IMG/VR virus record: IMGVR_UViG_3300033983_000012
Coordinates: 1-55,815 of that record
DNA from: a virus
Lineage: Duplodnaviria; Caudoviricetes
DNA length: 55,815 nt
Direction: 5' to 3' (one strand)
The notes beneath the pieces were generated by a model that was not told the origin of the DNA, did not search any database, and was given only the letters and a program-made list of their open reading frames with translations. Positions within the stretch are counted from its first letter, which is position 1. Every line of letters starts with the position of its first letter. Shown here one piece after another: positions 1 to 8,150 of this stretch. Made by a program: the position numbers and the translations under genes.

Positions 1-146
1 TCCCGATCATCGCGCCGCCAGCCGCACCCATCCCCACGCCACCCCAGGTCCCCCGGCTTGATCCGAGTAGCCCCTGCTGAGCGAGCATAGATCCGCCCGT
101 GAACAGCGCCGCCCCCGCGACTCCGTTAACGCCCGTGATCCTGCCC
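1..146. repeat. Terminal direct repeat, left copy (circular assembly overlap)
   Basis: 1-146 matches 55670-55815 except position 20 (A) vs 55689 (G), a synonymous third position in the tape-measure frame. Confidence 0.97.
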
Positions 147-2941
147 TGGCTCTCGATGTCGCTGCCGTTCGCGTCCGTCGAGTACACGTCCGGCCCGTGC
201 GTCAGGCCACCCCAGTTCATCCCTTTGAAGTTCTTGAGAATCCCCGCCATCCCGGTGGGCGCGCCGCCCGGCCGCCCCGCACTCATCAGCGCCGGCAGTA
301 TCCCGCCGCCCGCCGCGTTTCCCGCCGCTCCGCCGCCCAACAGTGCCGGCAATCCCATCGATGGCCCGCCACCGAGTCCGATCCCGCCCGCGCCGCCGAT
401 GATCGGACTGAAACCACCGCTCACCGAAGCCGCCTGCCCGCTCACCGCCGGCGCCGAGATCGCCGGTAGGGAGAGACCAGCAATCCCCGCTGGCATGGCA
501 ATCGCCGGAGCCGCCATCCCCATCGACCCCGCCAGAATCGCCGTGAGCGTCGCCAGCGCCGCCGAGTTCTGCACCGTGACGGCCGTGTTCATGTCCGTCG
601 AGAGTTTCATCGGGTCCGCATGGCCGCCGAACGCGCCATGGAACATTCCCGCGATCCCGCCCTTCCCATCGCTGCCATAGATAAGCGGCTGGACCGCGGT
701 CCCAATCATCCCGCCGATGCCTTCCGTAACCGGCTTTAGTGTGGCCTCACGGATCGTGTTCCCCAGTTGCTTGGGGAAGTCGCCGGGCTTGGTAAACAGC
801 GTGTGCAATAAGCCGGAGGAAACCTTCTGGATCTCATCCACTTGCCGCTGCAACTCTTCCGTGCGCTGCTGTTCCGCAGCCGCCCGCTTGGCGTCCAATT
901 CGTCCTGCGCCTGCGCCAGTTCGGTGTACAGATCCTTCTGCGCGTGCGCCGCCATCTCCATGCGCTTGGCCGCGCTGTCCTCCTTCTGGATGCGCGCCAC
1001 TTCGATCTCGGCCAGTTGGACCGCCAGATCGACGCGAATCCGGTAGCCCTCCTCCGGGGTTTCGGCCGCCTTCGCCTCGCGCGTGGCCCGGCGCCGCAGC
1101 ACCTCGCGTTGCGCCTCGCCCCCGATGTCCTCGATGCGCTCGCGCGCTCCGAATATGTCCCCCCACTCTTTGGTCTGTTCCTTGGAGGGAAGAAGCAGCC
1201 CCGTGATCTCCTTCGACCGTTCGGCGTTCCGCTTCTGGTCGTACTTCTCGAATTCCTCCCAGGATTTCTGCATGATCAGCGAAGCCTGCTCATCCGCCGA
1301 TTTCCGGATGGCGGCGATGTCGGCCTCAGTCGCCTTCACCTGGGCGGCCTGCTTCAACAACAGGTCGCGCTGGTAATAAATCTTCTCGATGGCCGACAGT
1401 TCCGCCTCATCGCCCTTCTTCTCGAATTCCGCCGCCTGGGTCCGGAATTGCTTCAATTGCTCCGCCGATTTCTTGGCGTCCTCAGCCGCCGCCTTCATGC
1501 CTTCGATGGCGGCCTTTTCTTGCTCTGCCCGCGCCGCCACTGGCCCGACTTTCTCCCACGGCGCCCCGAGTCCCTGAAGGTTCCTTAGTTCCGTCTGCGT
1601 TTTTTCGAGTTCCTTTTGAGCCGCGCGCATCGCGCCGGTTTGCGTATCCGAAGAAAGCGCGCCCTCAATCGCCGCCTGTTGCGCGCTTGTCAAGGCGGTC
1701 GGCCCCGGAGCTATCGGTCCAACAAACGGAGCCGGAGCGCCAGGGAACTCCCTTCCCAGTCCAAGGAACCCAGTAGGCTTTCCTACTTCCCCTGCCGCGT
1801 TCGCCCCGAGCATCCAATTCCGCGCGCGGCCAATCCAGGAGGTCGCCGGAGCTATCTTCTCCGGCCCGTTGTCGAAACTCGGGACAATCGCTTCCTTGAA
1901 GTGCAGTACCAGCAGCCCCCAGGAAGTCTCGATCTGTGCCACGGCCTTCTGATATTTCAGTAACCGTTCGACCTCTTCGTCCGAAATCCCGTAGTCCTTC
2001 TCTTTCGCGGTCCGGTAATTCGCGGCCAGTTCCACCATCACCGGAATAGCTTCGATGCCCGCGCGCTTGAATAGCGCCATCGCCGCCGCATCCCGCTCCA
2101 TCCCAGCCGGCAGCTTCCCCAGCGCCGCGCCGATTTCCTGTAGCGCCTGAGCAGTCGGCTTCACGCCGCCCGTGGTGGCGTCGTACAGCGTCACATGCAA
2201 CCGTTGGAGCATCGCGCGCGCCTTCTCGCCATCGGTGGAGTTTTCATCCATCGCCTGAGATAGCCCGCGCATCATGCGCTCGAAAATCCCGACATCCTGG
2301 CCCACCGCGCGCGCCGCATAGCTGAACTGTCCAACCTCTTTCGCGCTCATGCCGGTTCGCAGCTCCACGTCGCGGATCTGCACGCCGTATTCACCCAGGC
2401 TCTTGGCCGCACTGAAGCAGGCGAGAGCGTAGGCACCAAACGCCACGGCGCCGGCGGATACCATGGCGCCCATCGGCCCGAGCTTCTCCAGTAGCCCGCT
2501 GGCCGCGCTGCCGGCCGCCTGTAGCGGGTTCTGAATCGCGTTCTTGACCTGATCGCCGAATTCCTTCCACTTCGATCCACCGCCGCCCTGTTCCGCCGCG
2601 ATCATCTTGTCATAAGCTTTTGTGATTGCCTGGACCGCGCGCTCCTCTTCGCCCCACTTCCTAATGAGCAGATCGCGCTCGGCAATCAACCGGTCGGCGC
2701 CGGTCTTGCCCGCGAGGGCCGACTGCCGTTCCATCGAACGCAGTAGATTATCGAGGGAACTTCGGCTCTTGTCCGTCACCCGCACAAGAGTATCCCCGTG
2801 CGCCTGCATCAGCTTCCCCGCGCTGTCCAGCGTCGTCTTGACGGTCTTCTCGTAGCCCTCCATGGCTGCGTTCGCGCGCGCGGCGCCTTGAACCGCTGGC
2901 CGTTCGTCCACCTCAATCGTGATTTGTTCCGTATCGGCCAT
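1..2941 (-). CDS. Tail tape measure protein, N-terminal part (missing from the ORF track because it runs off the window edge)
   Basis: ATG at 2941 directly after the TAA of 2942..3391. Translates MADTEQITIEVDERPAVQGAARANAAMEGYEK..., a helical Ala/Glu/Lys-rich then Gly/Ala-rich protein. In frame with ORF 55044..55757 across the repeat, about 1188 aa in total. Lies between tail chaperones and distal tail genes. Confidence 0.93.
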   Translation of the reverse strand, partial: MADTEQITIEVDERPAVQGAARANAAMEGYEKTVKTTLDSAGKLMQAHGDTLVRVTDKSRSSLDNLLRSMERQSALAGKTGADRLIAERDLLIRKWGEEERAVQAITKAYDKMIAAEQGGGGSKWKEFGDQVKNAIQNPLQAAGSAASGLLEKLGPMGAMVSAGAVAFGAYALACFSAAKSLGEYGVQIRDVELRTGMSAKEVGQFSYAARAVGQDVGIFERMMRGLSQAMDENSTDGEKARAMLQRLHVTLYDATTGGVKPTAQALQEIGAALGKLPAGMERDAAAMALFKRAGIEAIPVMVELAANYRTAKEKDYGISDEEVERLLKYQKAVAQIETSWGLLVLHFKEAIVPSFDNGPEKIAPATSWIGRARNWMLGANAAGEVGKPTGFLGLGREFPGAPAPFVGPIAPGPTALTSAQQAAIEGALSSDTQTGAMRAAQKELEKTQTELRNLQGLGAPWEKVGPVAARAEQEKAAIEGMKAAAEDAKKSAEQLKQFRTQAAEFEKKGDEAELSAIEKIYYQRDLLLKQAAQVKATEADIAAIRKSADEQASLIMQKSWEEFEKYDQKRNAERSKEITGLLLPSKEQTKEWGDIFGARERIEDIGGEAQREVLRRRATREAKAAETPEEGYRIRVDLAVQLAEIEVARIQKEDSAAKRMEMAAHAQKDLYTELAQAQDELDAKRAAAEQQRTEELQRQVDEIQKVSSGLLHTLFTKPGDFPKQLGNTIREATLKPVTEGIGGMIGTAVQPLIYGSDGKGGIAGMFHGAFGGHADPMKLSTDMNTAVTVQNSAALATLTAILAGSMGMAAPAIAMPAGIAGLSLPAISAPAVSGQAASVSGGFSPIIGGAGGIGLGGGPSMGLPALLGGGAAGNAAGGGILPALMSAGRPGGAPTGMAGILKNFKGMNWGGLTHGPDVYSTDANGSDIESQGRITGVNGVAGAALFTGGSMLAQQGLLGSSRGTWGGVGMGAAGGAMIG

Positions 2942-3391
2942 TTACGCCACCCTCGCCGTCCGTACTACGCGCGCCTGTTTCGCCGTCGCGTGAACCACCG
3001 CCTTCAGTACCGCCTCGTCCTTCGGCGAGAGACCAAACTGCTTTTCGCGCAGATTATTGAAGTGCGCAATCCGGTCCGCCTCGGGGTCGATGAATCCAAT
3101 GATGACGCGGTTCTCATTGGCGGACTTCACCTTGAGAGATCGCATCGTCTTGCCACGCCAGAACCAATCACGGATGGCCTGCAAACCGCGCGCCAACTTA
3201 TAATCCGGGTAACCTCGCCGCCCGTTCCGCCCGGGCTTCAACGGCTTGGCTGGCTGGTCCTGCACGTTCTCTCCGCGGCGGATTCGCGCCACCACGCTAT
3301 CCGCCGTCACCTGGCCGATGGTCCGCATCTGCTCTGGAGAGAACGGCCCCACCACGAAACGTGCGCGCCGGATTTTGGTTTCGAAGGCCAT
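2942..3391 (-). CDS. Putative neck/tail-completion (virion morphogenesis-like) protein
   Basis: Basic protein with RIRRGENVQDQPAKPLKP, RDWFWRGKTMRSLKV, IAHFNN and QFGLSPKD motifs typical of virion morphogenesis proteins; coupled to the tape measure gene. Confidence 0.6.
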   Translation of the reverse strand: MAFETKIRRARFVVGPFSPEQMRTIGQVTADSVVARIRRGENVQDQPAKPLKPGRNGRRGYPDYKLARGLQAIRDWFWRGKTMRSLKVKSANENRVIIGFIDPEADRIAHFNNLREKQFGLSPKDEAVLKAVVHATAKQARVVRTARVA

Positions 3392-3401
3392 GCCGCCCAA
3401 C

Positions 3402-3428
3402 AAAAAGGGCAGGCCCCAAGGCCTGCCC
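3402..3428 (-). terminator. Rho-independent terminator
   Basis: Minus strand GGGCAGGCC-TTGG-GGCCTGCCC-TTTTT: perfect 9-bp stem plus U-run, just downstream of the 3454 stop. Confidence 0.75.
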
Positions 3429-3453
3429 GCCCGAACCGCGTATCCCGTTTACC

Positions 3454-3782
3454 CTAAGCAGCCCTACCCGCCACCTTTGCCAATCCGGCGGAGCCCAACG
3501 CAGCGGCAACACTGCCGAACTCCCGCTTGTAAGTGTTTACCGCCGGCAGGCATCCCCCGCCGAACTCATTCTGGCGCGGAAGACGTCCGTTCAGCACGTA
3601 GAAATCCAGCAACAACTCCCGGAGCACGGTCGCGCCATACTTCGGTCTGGAACCCCACCTGTTCGCCTTAAGGCCGGCAGCCGTGCAAGCGGAAGCAATA
3701 CCTCCAAGGTGCCTATTGACTCCGCCCAGTAGATCCTTCGGTAGGTCCCTTTGGGAAGGCGCCCTCCCGAGATCTACGGCCG
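3454..3782 (-). pseudogene. 3' remnant of a gene with homing-endonuclease-associated (HNH_repeat-like) helical repeats
   Basis: Two copies of the pattern LGRxPxxx...xFGSxxxAxxxAGL (DLGRAPSQRDL...LGGIASACTAAGL; LNGRLPRQNEF...YKREFGSVAAALGSAGL). The upstream part of the ORF is the antisense shadow of a plus-strand fragment. Confidence 0.55.
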
Positions 3783-3945
3783 GGACGACTTCGGCGAGCT
3801 GGCGCTGGGCACCGCTTTCAACTATGTGATCGAGAACGAACACAAAGACTTTATCCAGGTTCCGGGCCATCTGCAAAAGCAGGTTCACCGCTACATCGAA
3901 TGCCTGACGGCCGCGGACATGGAAGACAGGAAGGGCGCTGCGTAA
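3778..3945 (+). pseudogene. Plus-strand gene fragment (C-terminus of an unknown protein)
   Basis: GRDDFGELALGTAFNYVIENEHKDFIQVPGHLQKQVHRYIECLTAADMEDRKGAA* has protein-like composition but no credible start or RBS. Confidence 0.45.
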
Positions 3946-3994
3946 CCACCCTACTGGCCTGGCGTTCGACTGGAGCGGCGTGGATCTCATGGCG

Positions 3995-4489
3995 TTATCG
4001 TTTTCCGTACCTCTGCAACAACCGAAGTTGGCGCGCTTCCTCTACGGTGACCTTCTCCACGTCTTCCGACTGTTCGCGCCGGTACTTGTCCCGCTCTTCC
4101 TCGAGCAGTTGCAGGCCACGTTGTTCCTCGACCGTGACGTCGGTCCATGGGACGCTGAAATGCTTGGTGTCGAACTCCAGCTCGAGTAACCGCTCGAACA
4201 GCCGGCCTGCGTTGGAGTGCGCGCGCACATACTCCAGTTCGTTCACCGGGCAATGGTCGCATCGGTTCACCGTGCATTGGACACTCCCGCACTCGCAGGC
4301 TCCCGGCGCGGTGGTATCGTCCACCGTGCGCACCAGGCCGCATTTCCCGCAGGTGACGTCGTTGGCATCGGGGCATGCGGCCGGCCCGTCTTCGCCGCCA
4401 TCGCAGAGCTCGCTCGCCCGAATCGATCGGTAAATCAGCAACCGGAGAGGGACCGGACTCGGCCACTCATCCGGCGCTAAGAGTTTGGG
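3995..4489 (-). CDS. Tail assembly chaperone, -1 frameshift extension (gpT-like), Cys-rich
   Basis: The -1 frame opens at the slippery site: PKLLAPDEWPSPVPLRLLIY...; no own start codon; ends at 3995. Confidence 0.85.
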   Translation of the reverse strand, partial: PKLLAPDEWPSPVPLRLLIYRSIRASELCDGGEDGPAACPDANDVTCGKCGLVRTVDDTTAPGACECGSVQCTVNRCDHCPVNELEYVRAHSNAGRLFERLLELEFDTKHFSVPWTDVTVEEQRGLQLLEEERDKYRREQSEDVEKVTVEEARQLRLLQRYGKR

Positions 4490-5115
4490 TCCAGGCTCGG
4501 GTCCAGTTCGTCGACAGCCTGAATCAGTTCCACCACCACGGCAGACTTGTGATGCGGCGGCACTTCGGATTTCAGATCTGGCGCGTATCCTTCGGTCGCC
4601 GCCACCACCGAATCGTACAGCGCTATGGCCGGCTCGATCCGGTACCGCAGCTCCTCCTGGCCGTGGGGCAGGTCGGTTGCGGAAATCACGGTGCGGCGAT
4701 AGACGGTGATGTCCCGCTGGGTGGGGATCTTGACGGTGTGGACCGTATCGCCGAAAGGCGTGCGCAGCGTGATTCGGTATTCCTCGCCGGCCCGCTGGCA
4801 ATCTGTGACCTCGCAGAACGTCAGTTTCGAGATGGCGTTGCCAGCCTCGAACTCATCGAACTCGGGCCCCTTGTCCAGCCGGATCTTATTGAAAAGATCG
4901 AGATCGGCTTTGGGGTTCGGTACGAACTCGGTTTGGGACTTCCGGCGCCCGATGGTACGGCGGATGGACTTCTGCTGTCCGAGGCGCTCCAGCATTTCCT
5001 GGGTGGTGGGCAGCCGAAGAATCGCACTCTTCGGCGGGCTGGGCACGCGCACCGTGATGCCGGCGAGCGCTTGCCCATCCTCTGTTTTTGTCTGAGGTAG
5101 GCTTCCGTATTCCAT
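4477..5115 (-). CDS. Tail assembly chaperone (gpG-like)
   Basis: 212 aa, follows the tail tube gene, RBS GGAG, ends in a slippery heptamer. Confidence 0.85.
   Translation of the reverse strand: MEYGSLPQTKTEDGQALAGITVRVPSPPKSAILRLPTTQEMLERLGQQKSIRRTIGRRKSQTEFVPNPKADLDLFNKIRLDKGPEFDEFEAGNAISKLTFCEVTDCQRAGEEYRITLRTPFGDTVHTVKIPTQRDITVYRRTVISATDLPHGQEELRYRIEPAIALYDSVVAATEGYAPDLKSEVPPHHKSAVVVELIQAVDELDPSLDPNS
4483..4489 (-). promoter_or_regulatory. Programmed -1 ribosomal frameshift heptamer C CCA AAC
   Basis: X-XXY-YYZ pattern one sense codon before the chaperone stop (GAC CCA AAC TCT TAG); classic gpG/gpGT arrangement between tail tube and tape measure. Confidence 0.88.
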
Positions 5116-5135
5116 AATGTCTCCGTTGAAAGTTG

Positions 5136-5182
5136 ATCCTCCGGGGAAAACAGGCGGCGCGCCGTCGCTGGTCCCGGAGGAT
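5136..5182 (-). promoter_or_regulatory. Long hairpin after the tail tube gene (mRNA stabiliser/attenuator candidate)
   Basis: Perfect 10-bp outer stem ATCCTCCGGG/CCCGGAGGAT plus an inner stem; no U-run. Confidence 0.4.
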
Positions 5183-5219
5183 GGGCCTCGGGCGCGCCGC
5201 GGGCTTCATGGGCCTGTCG

Positions 5220-6230
5220 TTACCCCGCGATCCCGGTGATACCGCATTTGCAGACCGCCGAGAACACGCCGCCGGAGGTGGCGTATTCCGGGGTGCCGGT
5301 GACCGTGATGGCCACAATCCCGTCCGCCTCGGTGTTCTCCACCATCTGAAATGCGAGCTGCGGGAAGGTGAACGCAGCCGAGTGGTTCGCGTCGTACTGA
5401 ACGCTCAGCACCGCGCTGCCGGCGGTTTGCGCCAGCAACAGCGCGGCCTCGGTCGAGGTTGCCAGCAGGCGCGCGGTGAATTGGAAGCTCGGCACACGCG
5501 CGCCGATCTCCATCCGGCCCCGCAACTGCAAGCCGCTCTGCAGCCCGGAACCCGGATAGAACCCGGCGTTGAGAAGCAGGTTATTCTTCCAGCCGATGGA
5601 ACCGGAGAGAATCCGCTTGGTGGCCACCAGGTCGATGCCGTTCACCGTCAACGCCATCGACGCCGCCAGCATATTGCTCTCGGTTGTCAGCGCCGGCACG
5701 GTGACCCCGCTCGGAGTTGTCAGTTTCCCGGAGCCGACCCAGTTGACCGTCAGTTTCGAGGACGCGCGCCCCGGACCGTAGGTGAAGGCGTAGGTGAAGT
5801 CCTCGATGGCGCATCCGATATGCATGTTGTCGATGGCCGCGCCGCCGCCTTCCGGCACCTGCTCGACCACGGAGAAATATGGGAGTTCGAGCGATGTCCC
5901 CGGGTCGATGGGCGTAATCGTGTAGGTGTAGTTCGGGCTACTCCCGCTCTGCACCACATTGCCCAGCCCGAACGCCAGCGCCCACGCGACAAACTCCGCA
6001 CTCGCATACTTTTCGATGCGGTTTGCCACGTCATAGTGCGACGGGAACGTCGCCGTCGCAAACTCGTGACCCTTCCCGATTTCAGCCGCGTCGTTCTCGA
6101 AGACCGGCTTTGGCGTGGTCAGCGCCATATCGATTTTCTTGAAGCGCAGAAATGCCGCCGACGCCGTTGCGATGTTGGTCTGCTCGCCGAGTCCCAGACC
6201 AAGGACCAACTGTTGTACACGCGCTGCCAT
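5220..6230 (-). CDS. Major tail tube protein
   Basis: 336 aa, beta-rich, strong RBS AAGGAG; lies between tail terminator and chaperones; YTYTITP and FTFPQL motifs as in siphophage tube proteins. Confidence 0.85.
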   Translation of the reverse strand: MAARVQQLVLGLGLGEQTNIATASAAFLRFKKIDMALTTPKPVFENDAAEIGKGHEFATATFPSHYDVANRIEKYASAEFVAWALAFGLGNVVQSGSSPNYTYTITPIDPGTSLELPYFSVVEQVPEGGGAAIDNMHIGCAIEDFTYAFTYGPGRASSKLTVNWVGSGKLTTPSGVTVPALTTESNMLAASMALTVNGIDLVATKRILSGSIGWKNNLLLNAGFYPGSGLQSGLQLRGRMEIGARVPSFQFTARLLATSTEAALLLAQTAGSAVLSVQYDANHSAAFTFPQLAFQMVENTEADGIVAITVTGTPEYATSGGVFSAVCKCGITGIAG

Positions 6231-6234
6231 TCGA

Positions 6235-6441
6235 TTACACTCCTTTGGTGGCCGGGATCTCCGGCGGAATCTGTTGGTACCCCTGAACCATCAGGGGCAC
6301 GAGCTTGTCAGGGGTCGCATCGACCTCCTGAATATCTCCGGTGTGCGGATGCCGCAACCGAACCTTGGCGGCGGCCGATCCAGACGCGGGTTGCTCCGCC
6401 TTGGCCGCGTCGACGCCGTTAACTTCTTGTTTGAAATCCAT
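6235..6441 (-). CDS. Small hypothetical protein (tail module)
   Basis: 68 aa, tightly packed between neighbours, with RBS. Confidence 0.75.
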   Translation of the reverse strand: MDFKQEVNGVDAAKAEQPASGSAAAKVRLRHPHTGDIQEVDATPDKLVPLMVQGYQQIPPEIPATKGV

Positions 6442-6442
6442 G

Positions 6443-6934
6443 TCAGTTGTCTCCGATTTCAGGAATGATGAACGTCCCGACGAAACGGTCTACCAGGTCT
6501 TCGTCGACCGCGTGCGCGTCGCTCGGGGTGTCCATGATGTTCAGCCCGGGGAGTAAATTCATGTAGCGGATATTCACCGAAGACCCGGTAGGGATTCCAT
6601 TGCAGACCAGCGTCCACAACTCCTCATATCCCACCGGGTCGTTCGATCCCGCCATGTTCCCCATACGGAAATAGACATGGAAACGATGTTTCCACATCGT
6701 CTCGCCGTCGAAGTTTCCGCCCTGCGTGCCGTCCCAAACCACGAGCATCGACGGCGCCGGCATCTTGTAGACGACCATCGCCCGGGTATGCTCCTGGCCA
6801 AGCCGGTAATGAAAGCTGTTGATCCGACAAATCGCGTTGCCGTTGGCGTCCGTCACTGTCATGGCGGCAGCCAGGTCGGGAATCGCCGCGAGCGCCGCGG
6901 CGATGGCGTCCGCTATGGGCCCGGGGTTCAGCAT
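6443..6934 (-). CDS. Putative tail terminator/completion protein
   Basis: 163 aa; N-terminal IADAIAAALAAIPDL helix followed by PSMLVVW strand; position upstream of tube gene. Confidence 0.65.
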   Translation of the reverse strand: MLNPGPIADAIAAALAAIPDLAAAMTVTDANGNAICRINSFHYRLGQEHTRAMVVYKMPAPSMLVVWDGTQGGNFDGETMWKHRFHVYFRMGNMAGSNDPVGYEELWTLVCNGIPTGSSVNIRYMNLLPGLNIMDTPSDAHAVDEDLVDRFVGTFIIPEIGDN

Positions 6935-6941
6935 TTGAATC

Positions 6942-7262
6942 TCACTGGGTTCGGAGTTTCAGCACCGCTCCGCCCGTCGATACCGGCTCCGCTTCGGGCT
7001 TGGCAACCACATAAGTCACGCCGCCCACGGTGAAGAGATCGCCCTCTTGCGGCTGCGGAGAGATCGCCTGGAAGTCCACCCAGAGACGCAGCACGGCCGA
7101 CCCGGCGCCGCCCATGATCTCTTCAGCCAGGGCCGGCGGCATGACGATGGCCTGAAGCTGCTGGGCGCCCGATGCGTCTTGCGGTGTGAAGGTGACAGAG
7201 ATCCCGCCTTGCTCCAGAAAGACCTGGTTGTATTGCGAGAAGTTCAGCGCAGGGGTGGCCAT
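6942..7262 (-). CDS. Head-tail joining protein (gpFII-like)
   Basis: 106 aa; PQPQEGDLFTVGGVTYVV...GGAVLKLR motif; synteny. Confidence 0.75.
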   Translation of the reverse strand: MATPALNFSQYNQVFLEQGGISVTFTPQDASGAQQLQAIVMPPALAEEIMGGAGSAVLRLWVDFQAISPQPQEGDLFTVGGVTYVVAKPEAEPVSTGGAVLKLRTQ

Positions 7263-7328
7263 GGTGATTCAGGCAGGGGCCGGCGTGAAGAAGGAAGCGC
7301 CGGCCCTTGTTCTGCCTTCGCCCGACTT

Positions 7329-8072
7329 CTACGCGTTGCTGGCGAGTTGGTAAATCACCCAGACTTCGATTTGCCCGGCAGTGAGCGGGCCGGTCGCGAT
7401 GGTCACCGAGATCTGGCCAGCAGCCGACATCTTGAACGGCGTGGTGGTGCAGGTCGGCTTGACCACGGCATCGAGCGAGAGGCTCGCAATAGCCGTCGCC
7501 GTCAGAATCGAGTTGTTCGCCGATCCCGCCGTCGTGCCGATCGCCACCGTCGCGTTTCCGGCCGCCGTGGGGGCCACGGTCGAGTTGATGACGCCGCCAT
7601 GCACCACCGCCTTCGCCGGAATGGTGTCCGATTGGGCCGGCGTGCAACTTACCCCGCCGTCCACGGTGTAATCGTAGAGCGCGTGCGCCACGCGCAGCCC
7701 GTTGACCTGGCCGGAGAATCCCGGCACGCCGAACAGCCTGACGCGCACGGTCGCATCGCCGGAAGCTCCTCCGAGCGCGTCCGTCCCGCTGGCCTGGTCG
7801 AGGGTCGCCTGGCCGATCAGCAGGTTGCTGCCGACCGTGCTGGTGGCAGCCTTCGCCACGTTGTCCCAGTAGACCAGGTCGCCGGAGGCGAAGGTGCTGC
7901 TGTCTTTGGCGAGATCGAACACGCCTTCCAGGACGATCTCGCTTGAGTCGCCCTGAGCTTGATTGTTGACTGCGACACCGAAAATGTTTCCGACGCGGCA
8001 GCCGGCGCCACTGGTGAGTACGTAGGGCGCCAGAACGGTGAGGGTTGCCCCTCGTTGCACGAAGTTGATCAT
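7329..8072 (-). CDS. DUF2190-like capsid cement/decoration protein with extra C-terminal beta domain
   Basis: MINFVQRGATLTVLAP...GVFDLAK...GDLVYWD...VRVRL is the DUF2190 signature; about 125 further beta-rich residues follow. ATG 8072 has AAGGAG RBS; directly after the capsid gene. Confidence 0.85.
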   Translation of the reverse strand: MINFVQRGATLTVLAPYVLTSGAGCRVGNIFGVAVNNQAQGDSSEIVLEGVFDLAKDSSTFASGDLVYWDNVAKAATSTVGSNLLIGQATLDQASGTDALGGASGDATVRVRLFGVPGFSGQVNGLRVAHALYDYTVDGGVSCTPAQSDTIPAKAVVHGGVINSTVAPTAAGNATVAIGTTAGSANNSILTATAIASLSLDAVVKPTCTTTPFKMSAAGQISVTIATGPLTAGQIEVWVIYQLASNA

Positions 8073-8150
8073 GTGAGTTGGTTCTCCTTTTCTCTTTTTA
8101 CGGGGCGGCGATTTGTTCACCGCCCCGTGATTGTCCCGCCTAGCTGCGCA

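Noticed and set aside
1-146. Biological terminal repeat or att site
   Set aside because: It lies in the middle of the tape-measure gene and its length fits an assembly overlap; the GpA terminase and cos-like site point to ends near 16600.
8095-8130. Terminator after the capsid gene
   Set aside because: A stem exists (CGGGGCGG/CCGCCCCG) but on the transcribed strand it is followed by A's, not U's; more likely a stabilising hairpin.
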